Below are positions 52,401 through 61,429 of a DNA stretch of 64,000 nt, piece by piece (positions within the stretch are counted from its first letter, which is position 1; each line of letters opens with the position of its first letter). The notes under the pieces were generated by a model. That model did no database searches and was not told the origin of the DNA. It saw only the letters and a list, made by a program, of their open reading frames with translations. This stretch comes from an uncultured delta proteobacterium (GTDB lineage: Bacteria; Myxococcota_A; Polyangia; Polyangiales; B10-G4). The position numbers were made by a program, and so were the translations under genes. The stretch lies in contig CAVSGI010000014.1 of NCBI GenBank assembly GCA_963727445.1, positions 384,001-448,000 of the forward strand. The letters run 5' to 3'.

Positions 52401-52594
52401 CCGCCCTGGGCTTTTTGCCGATGGCGCTCTCCACCGGCGCGGGGGCGGAGGTCCAGCGTCCCCTCGCGACGGTGGTGATCGGAGGGCTCACCAGCGCCAC
52501 CTTCCTGACCCTCTTCGTCCTGCCCTCGCTCTACGCCTGGCTCTTCCGCGACCCCGAGCACTTGCCGGAGAAGGAGCCGGACTTAGCTGAATGA
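49442..52594 (+). CDS. czcA: CzcA/CusA heavy-metal RND efflux transporter
   Basis: LPIDAVPDITNVQVQV, NLMSLGAIDFGIVVDG, GIAVLNG, GAEVQRPLATVVIGG. Confidence 0.95.
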   Translation: MKKLLELCLKWRLLVFVGVALVVVLGVRSAEQLPIDAVPDITNVQVQVLTNVPALGPVDVERTVTFPIESAMSGIPNVEEIRSISRFGLSAVTIVFEEGTDLLRARQLVSERLVQAKEALPPGAQPEMGPLSTGLGEVLQFEVKSDRMCPSPEEDTPDCYTPMELRSLLDWFIAVELRSVPGVVEVNSFGGELKTYEVEVLPNRLRALNVSLSQLYDALERNNGTAGGGYLVRAGEQLLVRGEGRVQTLDDIEEVIIDTREPDGVPVLVRDVARVHFAPMLRQGAVTRDGRGEVVTGIVMMLIGANGREVVDAAKERLERLAPSLPEGVEIDVFYDRSALVNRTIRTVATNLAEGALFVVGVLFLLLGSLRGGLIVASAIPFAMLVAFSAMKALGLSGNLMSLGAIDFGIVVDGSIIVVENAVVHLAAAARGRDRALGYREAAEIVLGSTLDVRRAALYGEAIIVLVYVPILTLAGIEGKMFKPMALTVLFALAGAFIASLTFVPVLVATFMRQHTEERQPFLVRLLHRVYPRLLGGAMRHPRYIATASIVALVLTGILGSTMGAEFIPRLDEGALAIQIMRLPSVSLEESVASSTRFERVIREFPEVTTVIAKTGRAEIATDPMGVEMSDVIVMLKPPDQWVTAHTREGLVEAMATRLRERLPGQGYSFSQPIELRMAELISGSRSDVAITIYGDDLSDLERMSREVQAVVRTVPGAADVRGEQLAGLPTLEVTVDRAAAARYGVQVRDALDAIEAIGGRGVGEVYEGQVRYRMQVRLPAELRDDIDQLRLLPVSGARGVLVPLGQIATLEIVDSPASVSREAVRRRTIVEVNVRGRDLAGFVADAQGRVEEEVDLSPGTVVDWGGQFENLEAATERLALAVPLALTLIFVLLYMAFGELGTSLLIYLNVPFAAVGGVVALALRGMPFSISAAVGFIALFGIAVLNGVVLLTTIKAARAEGKSAAQAAREGAESRLRAVVMTASVAALGFLPMALSTGAGAEVQRPLATVVIGGLTSATFLTLFVLPSLYAWLFRDPEHLPEKEPDLAE

Positions 52595-53307
52595 CCAGGT
52601 ACGACGTGAAACTCGAGGACGTGCGCAGGAACTACGATCGCGTCGCCGGAAGCTACGACTTCTGGACGGACGCGATCCTCGGCCGCGTCCTCGGGCTGGA
52701 CCGCGTCCGCGAGCACGCGCTCGATCAACTGGGTGACCTTCGCAAGAAGACGGTGCTCGACATCGGCTGCGGCACCGGCCGCAACCTGCCCGGCCTCGAG
52801 TCCCGTGTCGGGCCCTCCGGCCACGTCATCGGCATCGACTACTCGGCGGGGATGCTGGAAGAGGCGCGCAGCCTCGTCGCCGAACGCGGGTGGCGCAACG
52901 TCACTTTGCTCCACGACGACGCGACGCAGCTCCGTCATGTCGTCGCGCCAGTGGATGCGGTGGTCAGCGTCTGGTGCATGGGGATCGTCTACGACCTCGA
53001 AGCCGCGCTGGACCGCGCGGTCGACCTGCTCCGGCCGGGCGGCCGCATGGTCATCATGGACTTCGCGCGCGCCCGTCCCGACCACGGCCCCCTTCACTAC
53101 CTCTACCCGGCCTACAGCCGCGTTCTGCGCTGGGCCGGCATCGACTCCGAGGAAGACCTCGACGACGCGCGGCTCCGGGCCAAGTGGGCGCGGGGGCAGG
53201 CCCTGCTGCACGAACGACTCGAAAACGTCGAGGAAGAGCGCTACCTCAGCGGGGGTGGGCTGATCATCACGGGCACTGCGCCGGCGAGGATCCCAGCCGC
53301 CGCCTGA
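52591..53307 (+). CDS. Class I SAM-dependent methyltransferase
   Basis: VLDIGCGTG, GIDYSAGML, LRPGGR. Confidence 0.88.
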   Translation: MTRYDVKLEDVRRNYDRVAGSYDFWTDAILGRVLGLDRVREHALDQLGDLRKKTVLDIGCGTGRNLPGLESRVGPSGHVIGIDYSAGMLEEARSLVAERGWRNVTLLHDDATQLRHVVAPVDAVVSVWCMGIVYDLEAALDRAVDLLRPGGRMVIMDFARARPDHGPLHYLYPAYSRVLRWAGIDSEEDLDDARLRAKWARGQALLHERLENVEEERYLSGGGLIITGTAPARIPAAA

Positions 53308-53348
53308 GTGTGATTGACACACTGTGACGAAGGACTCAGCTTCCCGAG

Positions 53349-54302
53349 ATGACCCTCGCCCGCCTTCCGCTCTTCGAGCGCCTCGCCCCCGCCCGCCGTG
53401 TGCTCGTCGCCGGAGCGGGGGGCGGCTTCGACGTCTACGCCGGCCTGCCCCTGGTCTTCGCCCTCGAGGACGCGGGCAAGGAGGTGCACCTCGCGAATCT
53501 ATCCTTTGCGGACCTCAGCGGGATCGCGGAGCGGCCGATTCATCCGTCGATCGCGCCCGTGACGGCGGACGCCGATGGCTCCGAGGTCTACTTCCCCGAA
53601 AAGCACCTCTGTGAGTGGTTTCGCGCCGAGGACGGGCGCGAGGTGGTCATCCACGCCTTGTCCAAGGTGGGCGTCAAACCCTCGAGCGAGGCCTACCGCG
53701 CTCTCGTCGCTCGCCTCGGGGTCGACGCGCTGGTCCTCGTCGACGGAGGCACGGACAGCTTGATGCGCGGCGACGAAGCCGGGCTCGGCACCCCCGTCGA
53801 GGACGCGGCCTCCCTCGCTGCCGCCGCGGCGACCGAGGTGCCCATCAAGCTCCTCACTTGCCTCGGCTTCGGCATCGATCACTTCCACGGCGTCGCGCAT
53901 CGGGACGTCCTCGAAGCCACAGCCGAGCTATCCCGCGCCGGCGCCTTCCTCGGCGCCTTCAGCGTGCTTTCGTCGATGCCCGAAGCCGCCCGCTACCTCG
54001 CCGCCCTCGACTGGGTCCATCAGCGCGCACCCGCGCGCCCCAGCATCGTGAACGGCTCCATCGCCTCGGCGATCCGCGGCTTCTTCGGCGACCACCACTT
54101 CACGGAGCGAACCGCCGGAAGCGAGCTCTTCATCAACCCGCTCATGGCGCTCTACTTCGCCTTCGAGCTCGAACCCGTCGCGGAGCGGGTCTTGTACCGA
54201 AAGGCCATCGCCCACACGGAGACCGCCTTCGAGATGATGGCGATCATCGAGGCCTTCCGCGCCGAGCTCACCCCCAAGCGCCGCGCGCCGATCCCGCTTT
54301 GA
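53349..54302 (+). CDS. DUF1152 family protein
   Basis: VAGAGGGFDV, LVDGGTDSLMRGDEAGLGTP, LFINPLM. Confidence 0.8.
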   Translation: MTLARLPLFERLAPARRVLVAGAGGGFDVYAGLPLVFALEDAGKEVHLANLSFADLSGIAERPIHPSIAPVTADADGSEVYFPEKHLCEWFRAEDGREVVIHALSKVGVKPSSEAYRALVARLGVDALVLVDGGTDSLMRGDEAGLGTPVEDAASLAAAAATEVPIKLLTCLGFGIDHFHGVAHRDVLEATAELSRAGAFLGAFSVLSSMPEAARYLAALDWVHQRAPARPSIVNGSIASAIRGFFGDHHFTERTAGSELFINPLMALYFAFELEPVAERVLYRKAIAHTETAFEMMAIIEAFRAELTPKRRAPIPL

Positions 54303-54434
54303 CATCGAGCCCGGATCGTTCCGATCGGGAGCTGGGAGCGCTCTGGGCTCCGCCTTCGGGTGCAGCTTTCCGCTGGATCACGGCGCCCCCGAGGTGGTGC
54401 GCGGAATGCATACATCGTCCCACCGGAGGTGAAT

Positions 54435-55064
54435 GTGAGGGGACGATTCGTAGCAACGCTCTTCGTGGCGCTCTTGGCAGCGATGGGCTGCAGCGCCCAG
54501 GTGGACTCGGTCGGAGGTGATCTGGTGACCCGCCAGACCCGCTTCGACTTCACGGTCAAGGCGGACCGGGACCTCTTCGCGGAGGATGGGGTGGAATTCA
54601 CGGGCAGCGTGGGTCCCTACGCGGTCTACAACGTGACCAGCGAAAACCCGCGACTCGTGGGCCCGAGGGTCACGCATGACCGGGTCCGCGACGGGATGGT
54701 GATGCTCTGCGGCGCGAGCAACTACTTCGCGCCGATCCGCGACGCCGCGGATACCGACATCACGGTCCTTGGAGGCGCCACGGGCGAAGACGAGATCGTC
54801 AGCGCGCGAACCGAAGCGCTGATGTTCGACGATTGCTCCGAAGCGGATGACTCGTTCTCGACGCGGCCCGACACCGAGCCGTCGGAGGCCGAGCTCTTCC
54901 TGGTGGACGGGGAGCAGATCGTGATCGATTGGCTCCCGGCGCCAGAGATCGGCTCGCAGGTGCTGATCCGCATCGCCTCGCTCTCCGAAGCTGCGCGCGA
55001 TCACAACGACTCCCACGTCATTCCGACGGTCTGCTGCGACGGCAGCTTCTGCACCCTCGAGTGA
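54435..55064 (+). CDS. Hypothetical lipoprotein
   Basis: GGAGGT RBS, GTG start, lipobox AMGC, Cys-rich C-terminus. Confidence 0.6.
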   Translation: MRGRFVATLFVALLAAMGCSAQVDSVGGDLVTRQTRFDFTVKADRDLFAEDGVEFTGSVGPYAVYNVTSENPRLVGPRVTHDRVRDGMVMLCGASNYFAPIRDAADTDITVLGGATGEDEIVSARTEALMFDDCSEADDSFSTRPDTEPSEAELFLVDGEQIVIDWLPAPEIGSQVLIRIASLSEAARDHNDSHVIPTVCCDGSFCTLE

Positions 55065-55107
55065 GACGATGAACGCCGGGATCCCCCGCTCGGCGACGCA
55101 GCGTCTG

Positions 55108-56145
55108 ATGAGGCCACTGCTCGCTCTTCACCTTCCCCTCTTCGTCCTCGCCGGATGCGCCGGCGTGGGCACGACCGAGCAGGCCCAGGTCGCGACTCAA
55201 CCCGGCGCGGAGATGGTGCGCCTCGCGCCCCTCGACGGCTGCTGCTCCATCGTGATCGGCAGCCCCATCCGCGGCCAGCTCGACGTGTTCAATCCGCGCG
55301 CGATCGAGATCGGCTCCTTCCTCTCCGGTCAGCGCGGCGCCTCGGACCTCGAGCTCGGCAGCGTCGGCGGCCGGCCGGTGATCTTCGTCAACGGTGAGGG
55401 CTCCGAGATCAGCATGATCACCAACGACCTGTCGGATGCCCAGCGGCTGCGCCGACCCAATCAGATCATGGAAGGGGACGAGATCGGGGCCATGGCCGCC
55501 GGTGACCTCGACCTCGACGGGATGGACGAGCTGGTGGTGGCGCGCGGCGACGGCCTGCGCGTGATCGACCGCCTGGAGATCGCGCTCTTCGCCGACCCGG
55601 AGAACGTGCCGGACCTCGAGCGAGATGGCCTGCCCGATGGATTTCGAGCGACGGACGTCGCGGTCGCCGAGCTCAACGGAGATGCCGCACCCGAAGTCGT
55701 CGCCCTGAGGGCGGACGGATCGGACGCGCGGATCTGGGAGAGTCCCGGCTTCGACCGCGAGGGCGGCCCGCCGCACCAGGACGTCTCCCTCGGGGCGCGC
55801 GGCCTCGAGCTCGCCACCACCGGTTGCGAGACGGGGCCCAACACCTTCGCGCGGCTCGAGACCGGCGAGGTGGTCGTCGTGACGATGGACGGCGCGAGCC
55901 CCCTGCCCACGGCACCGGACGCGGTCGACATCGTGTCCTCTTCGGACGCTTTGGTGGTCGTCTACGGCGACGGAAGCGCGACGCTTCACGACGGGTGCGG
56001 CGGCGGCGGGATGGACCTCGGCATCGATCTGACCAACGCGGTCGACCTCCACCTCACGCGTCGCCTCCTCGACGGACGGCGCCTCGCCGTGGTGCGGGAC
56101 GACGGACAGAGCGTCGAGCTCTACCAGGTCCAGAGCGGCTTCTAA
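55108..56145 (+). CDS. Lipoprotein with FG-GAP/VCBS-like repeats
   Basis: Lipobox LAGC; AGDLDLDGMDELVV and AELNGDAAPEVV. Confidence 0.65.
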   Translation: MRPLLALHLPLFVLAGCAGVGTTEQAQVATQPGAEMVRLAPLDGCCSIVIGSPIRGQLDVFNPRAIEIGSFLSGQRGASDLELGSVGGRPVIFVNGEGSEISMITNDLSDAQRLRRPNQIMEGDEIGAMAAGDLDLDGMDELVVARGDGLRVIDRLEIALFADPENVPDLERDGLPDGFRATDVAVAELNGDAAPEVVALRADGSDARIWESPGFDREGGPPHQDVSLGARGLELATTGCETGPNTFARLETGEVVVVTMDGASPLPTAPDAVDIVSSSDALVVVYGDGSATLHDGCGGGGMDLGIDLTNAVDLHLTRRLLDGRRLAVVRDDGQSVELYQVQSGF

Positions 56146-57879
56146 CCGACGTCGGTGACGCGGAGCTCGACGGCGCCACCACCGACCCACGAGTCGAGGC
56201 GCACGTGCCCGGCGACGTCGACGCGTTTGCCGATCGCTTCCGCGCGATGGCCGAGCTGATAGCCGAAGCCGCGGAGCGTCTGCGGCCCGACCCGAAGCCG
56301 CAGCTTGAGGTGCGCGCCCTCGTCTCCCACCGCTTGAACCGACAGGACCTGGGCGTCGGGGATCAGATAGAGGGGTTCGGGATTCTTCTCGCCCACGGGC
56401 TCGAGCATCAGCACGTCGTCGGCCGTCGGGACGCGGTACACGCTTCCGTCGAGCGCGACGTCGGCCCGCCGGGGCGCTGCCGGAGGTAGATCGGCGAAGA
56501 GGCGGCGGGTCGCGTCGGCGAAATCGGCGCGAAACGCTTCGACGCGTGAGGCGGAGAGCGTCAGGCCCGCCGCGGCCTGATGACCGCCGAACTTGTCGAG
56601 GGACGCGCGCGCCGCGAAGACCGCATCGTAGAGTGGGAAGCCATCGGGCGCGCGGCAGCTGCCGTGCCCTACCCCGTCGCCCGTACCGATGACCACCACT
56701 GGCACGCCGAAGCGGTCCACCAGGCGCGCAGCGCTGATGCCCACCACGCCGCGATGCCACCCCTGCCCCGCGACCACCACGCCGGTTTCGGGTGCGTCGC
56801 CGTAGACGTCGAGGACCTGCTGGATCGCCTCTCTCGGTGACGCGTCGCTCCACTTCCTTGCGCTCGTCGTTGACGCGCTCGATCGCCTCGGCGTGGCGCG
56901 CCGCTTCCTCGGGGCTCTTCGCGCGCAGGAGCGCGAGGGTGACCGTGGGATCGGCGAGGCGGCCCGCCGCGTTCAGGCGCGGCGCGAGGCGAAAGGCGAC
57001 GTCCGTCGCGCCCATGGTGCCGACGACCTTGGCGACATCGCGAAGCGCGACGACGCCCGGGCGACCCGTGGGCTCCGAGAGCAGACGCAATCCCGCGCGC
57101 GTGAGGCGGCGATTGTCGCCGTCGAGGGGCGCGACGTCGGCGATGGTGCCCATCGCCACCAGATCCATCCAAGGTCTGCAGATCGAGCTTCGCCCCGACC
57201 TCGGCGCGCACCGCCGCGCCCACCGAGAGCGCGAGCCCGGCGCTGCAGAGCCCCTTGTAGGCGAAGCCGCACTCCGGCCGGTGCGGGTTCAAGAAGGCGA
57301 AGGCCGGCAGCGGCTCGGCGGGGACGAGGTGGTGGTCGACGACGATCACGTCCACGCCGCGCTTCTTCGCTTCGGCGATGCGGGCGTGATCGCTCGAGCC
57401 GCAATCGCAGGTGACGATCAGCGTCGCCCCCGAGTCGAGGCAGCGCGCGAGAGCCTGGTCGCTGAACCCGTATCCGCCCTGAAACCGATTCGCCACGAAG
57501 CCGGCGACGTCACCCCCGAGCGCTTCGAGGACGTCGCAGGTGATGGCGGCGCTGGTGGTCCCGTCGACGTCGTAGTCGCCGAAGACCGCGATGCGCTCTT
57601 TGCTCTCGATGGCGCGGCCCAGGCGCTCGGCCGCCGCGCCACGGTCCGCCATCTCGTCGGGTCGGGTGAGGCCGGAGAGGCGGGGCGAGAGGAAGTCCTT
57701 GGCGAGGGCCTCCTCCCCGAGCCCGCGGCTCAACAGGATCTGCCCGAGCGCGGCTCCCACCCCGACCGCGCGCCGAGCTCCCGTGCGGCATCGGGATCCT
57801 GCGGGAGGACCCCGATGTCGCTGGCCCGACCGCCCTCGTGCGGGGCTTTTGGGACGCGACTGACCCGGACAGGCTCCAC
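56142..57879 (-). CDS. recJ: Single-stranded-DNA exonuclease RecJ (frameshifted)
   Basis: GDYDVDG, NRFQGGYG, TCDCG, VDHH, GTIADVAPL, PRLNAAGR, WHRGVVGI, GGHQAAAG; start approximate. Confidence 0.92.
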
Positions 57880-57889
57880 CCGATTCGCT

Positions 57890-59023
57890 TCAGCGCTTGC
57901 CGCGGCTGAAGAACTGCTGGTCCATCCACTCGGTCGCGGCGCGGCGACGTAGATGGAGGAGTAGGTCCCGATCAGGATGCCGATGAAGAGCGCGAAGGAG
58001 ATGTCGCGGATGACCGTCGTGCCCCAGATGAAGAACGCCGACACCGACAGGAGCGTCGTGCCCGAGGTGACGATGGTGCGCGAGAGCATCTGCGAGGTGC
58101 TGATGTTGATCACCTCGTGGAGGCTCTTGTCGCTGAGCGCCCCATGTTCTCGCGGATCCGGTCGTAGACGACGATCGTGTCGTTGATCGAGTAACCTGAT
58201 GATCGTCAAGCAGGGCCGCGATGGTCGTCAGGTTGAACTCCTTCTGAAGCAGGACGAAGATGCCGACGGTGATGATCGCGTCGTGCATCATCGCCATCAC
58301 GCCGCCCGGCGCGAAGCGCAGGTCGAAGCGGAAGGCGACGTACACCATGATGAAGGCGATGGCGTAGAGCAGGGACTTGATGGCCGCGTCGCGGAGCTGC
58401 TGGCCCGCCTTGGGGCCGACCCACTCCACGCGGCGGGGCTCTTCGGGGCCGCGCTCGCCCGAGATCCTCGTCGAGCTGGCGGACGACCTCGTCGCCCACG
58501 CCGACCAGCTGCGCCTCGTAGCGATGGTCCTCGGACTGGCCGAACTGGTTCACACCGCGAACGCGGACGCCCGCGCTGGCGAGCGCCTTCGAGGAGCTGC
58601 GGGTCGACGTTGTCGCCGAGGCGGAAGCGAGATCTTGTCGCCGCCGGGCGAGACGTCCATGTCGTCGAGGGAGACGTCGCCGAGGGCCGCCGAGACGGCC
58701 GACTGGATCGACTCGCATCTGCTCGTCGGGGAGCGCCGAGACCTCCTGGACGCGGACGATGTACTCGTCGGCTCGAACCCGGACGCTGACCACGTCCGGG
58801 CGGTGGTAGCCGCGCTCCTCGAGGGTCTGACGAACCTCGCTCGCGGGGACGTCGCCGCGGAAGACGACCTGCAGCTCGGTGCCGCCCAGGAAGTCGGTGC
58901 CGTAGTTCGGGCCGGGGAAGAAGAGGGACACGAGGCTCGCGACCACCAGCAGCAAGGAAACGCCGATGACGGCTTTCCGGTGGCGCATGAAGTCGATGTA
59001 AGGCCGGGCTTGACGAACTCCAT
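57890..59023 (-). CDS. secF: Protein translocase subunit SecF (frameshifted)
   Basis: NYGTDFLGGT, WVGPKAG, YVAFRF, HDAII, SRTIVTSGTT, GTYSSIYVA. Confidence 0.92.
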
Positions 59024-59027
59024 GGCT

Positions 59028-60858
59028 TCACCCGACCCTCAGGCGCGAGACCCGGAGGCCACGGACCAGCCAGTCGAACATCACCTTCGAGCAGAACACC
59101 CCCGTGAAGAGCGACGTCACGATGCCGATCATCAGCGTCACCGCGAAGCCCTTGATGGGCCCGGTGCCGTACTGGAAGAGGACCACGCCCGCGATGAACG
59201 TCGTGAGCTGGCTGTCGAAGATCGACCAGAAGGCTCTGCCGAAGCCCTGATCGACCGCCGCGCGCGGTGACTTGCCGAGGCGCAGCTCCTCGCGGATGCG
59301 CTCGGTGATCAGCACGTTCGCGTCCACCGCCATACCGACCGTGAGCGCGATCCCCGCGATGCCCGGCAACGTCAGTGTCGCCTCGAAGGCCGCCATGATG
59401 GCGAACAGGAAGAGCAGGTTCAGCACCACCATCACGTCCGCGACGATGCCCGCGACCTGGTAGTAGACGAGCATGAAGAGCAGCACGAGACAGACGCCGA
59501 TGACGGCGCCCTGGGCGCCCTGCCTGACCGAGTCGCGGCCGAGCGTCGGGCCGATGAGCTGCTCGTTCGCGGGATGATCGGCGCGGGCAGCGCGCCCGCC
59601 CGGAGCACGATGACCAGGTCGTTCGCCTCGTTGAGCAGCTGTTGTAGTCGCGGAAGCCGCCGAGTGTGATCTGGCCGCGACCGCCGCCGATGCGGCCGTG
59701 GATGACCGGCGCGACTCGACGCGTTGTCGAGGACGATGGCCATGCGCCGCTTGACGTTCTCGCCGGTCATGCGGCCGAAGGATCGGCGCCCTCGCCGTTG
59801 AACTGGAGCTGCACCACCGGGCGGCTGCTGATCCTGCGAGTCGTAGCCGACGTAGGCGTCGTCGACGTCCTCACCCGTGACCTCGGTCGTGTCGAAGACG
59901 TAGTACGTGCGCCACGCCTCTCGTTCTGCTCGCCCGGCTCGCTCTTTTCGTAGGAGCCGATCATCAGCTCGCGGCCGTCCGGCACATCGAGGGTCTCGAT
60001 GAAATCCTGGAGCTTCTGCCGTGAGTCGGGCCCGGTCGCGACGAGGAAGGTGCCGACCACGCTCGGCCGGCTCTCGCCCGCCGACACGGTCTCGCGCTCC
60101 TTCTCGATCCCTCCGGAAGATCCGTCAGGTCGGCCACGAAGGTCGACTCGTCGTCGACACCTTGAACTCGAGGCGCGCGGTCTGGCTGATGACCTCGCGG
60201 ATGCGGTCGAAGCTCTCCTGGATCGGCGCCCGGGACCTCGACGATGATGTCCTCGCCCCGGCCGATGACCGTCATCTCGCGGACCTGCATCTCGTCGACG
60301 CGGTTCTTGATCGTCTCCTGACCGCCTGCTCGACGGCGACGTCGCGAAGCGCGTCGATGCGCTCCTCGCGGATCACGAGGTCGATGCTGATCGCCCTGGG
60401 CCGAGCCCATCGCGCAGATCGCGGGAAGTACTCCTGGACCCGGTCGCGATCGACGAGCTCGACGTCCGCGGCGTCGCTGAAGGTCAGCCGAATCCCCGAG
60501 TTGCCGACGCGATGCGCCTGCACGTGCTGGCGGATCTCCGTCGAGCTGCTCGCGGGAGACCTCGTCCCACTCGTCCTCTTCGATCGATCGAGGAGCACAC
60601 CGACGCGGCGAAGGAGGCGATCCGCCTCCCGATCACGACGGTCGCGCACCGCTTCGTCGACCTCGACCTCGTACATCAGCCGCAGGCCGCCCTGGATGTC
60701 GAGCCCGGGGCTGATGCGGCCCGAGAACGTGTCCCTCACCCACGGCGGTGCCGCGGGAAATCCTTCGAATGCCAAGTCGAGGCTCGGCCAGAGCGCCAGA
60801 AACGCGGCGACGACCAGAGTCACGACGACCTGAAGCGTACGTACCAGCCTCTATCCAT
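59028..60858 (-). CDS. secD: Protein translocase subunit SecD (multiply frameshifted)
   Basis: GLDIQGG, IKNRVD, IIVEVPG, AIVLD, LRAGALPAP, TLPGIAG, GMAVDANVLI, GPIKGFAVTL. Confidence 0.92.
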
Positions 60859-60871
60859 GACTCACGGGCCC

Positions 60872-61308
60872 TCAGCCCTCGTCCTCCTCGGTCTTCTTCT
60901 TGTCGTCGCCCTTGCCCTTCTTGTCCTGGGCCTCTTTCAAGGCCGCGGGGTCGGGCTCGGGTCCCGCGATGTTCGCGCGGAGCACGTTGATCTTCGTCTT
61001 GTTGTCGGGGATCAGCAGCACCGCCTCGCGCTCGTCGATCGAAAGATCTCGCCGAGGATGCCGCCCGTGGTGCGCACCTTCACGCCTTTGCGCAAGGCTT
61101 TGAGCATGGAGTCCTGCTCCCGCTGCCTCTTCTGCTGAGGGCGGATGAGCATGAAGTAGAAGATGAGCATCATCACGAGGATCATGCCCATCTGACCCTC
61201 GCAGCCCATGCCGCCGCCGGGCGCCGCGCCGGCCCCTCCCCCGCCGCCACCACCGCCGGTGGCTTCGGGCTGAAAGAGCTCGAGGAGTGAGAAGAGGAAG
61301 GCGTGCAC
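60872..61308 (-). CDS. yajC: Preprotein translocase subunit YajC (frameshift at ~61045)
   Basis: IFYFMLIRPQQKRQ...LRKGVKVRTTGGILG. Confidence 0.9.
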
Positions 61309-61429
61309 CGGAAACCCTTGGAAGTTCCTAGGCAAAAGGGGCGCTCGTGCGCCCCGGAAAAAGGCCCGCTTTACTAGCCCATGGCCCCCCCTCCGTCAAC
61401 CGTGGCAGGATCGCCGCGATCTGGAGCCC

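Noticed and set aside
54303..54450. Possible riboswitch or ncRNA before the lipoprotein gene
   Set aside because: Only short imperfect stems (for example ATCGTCCC/GGGACGAT), expected at this GC content; no recognisable aptamer.
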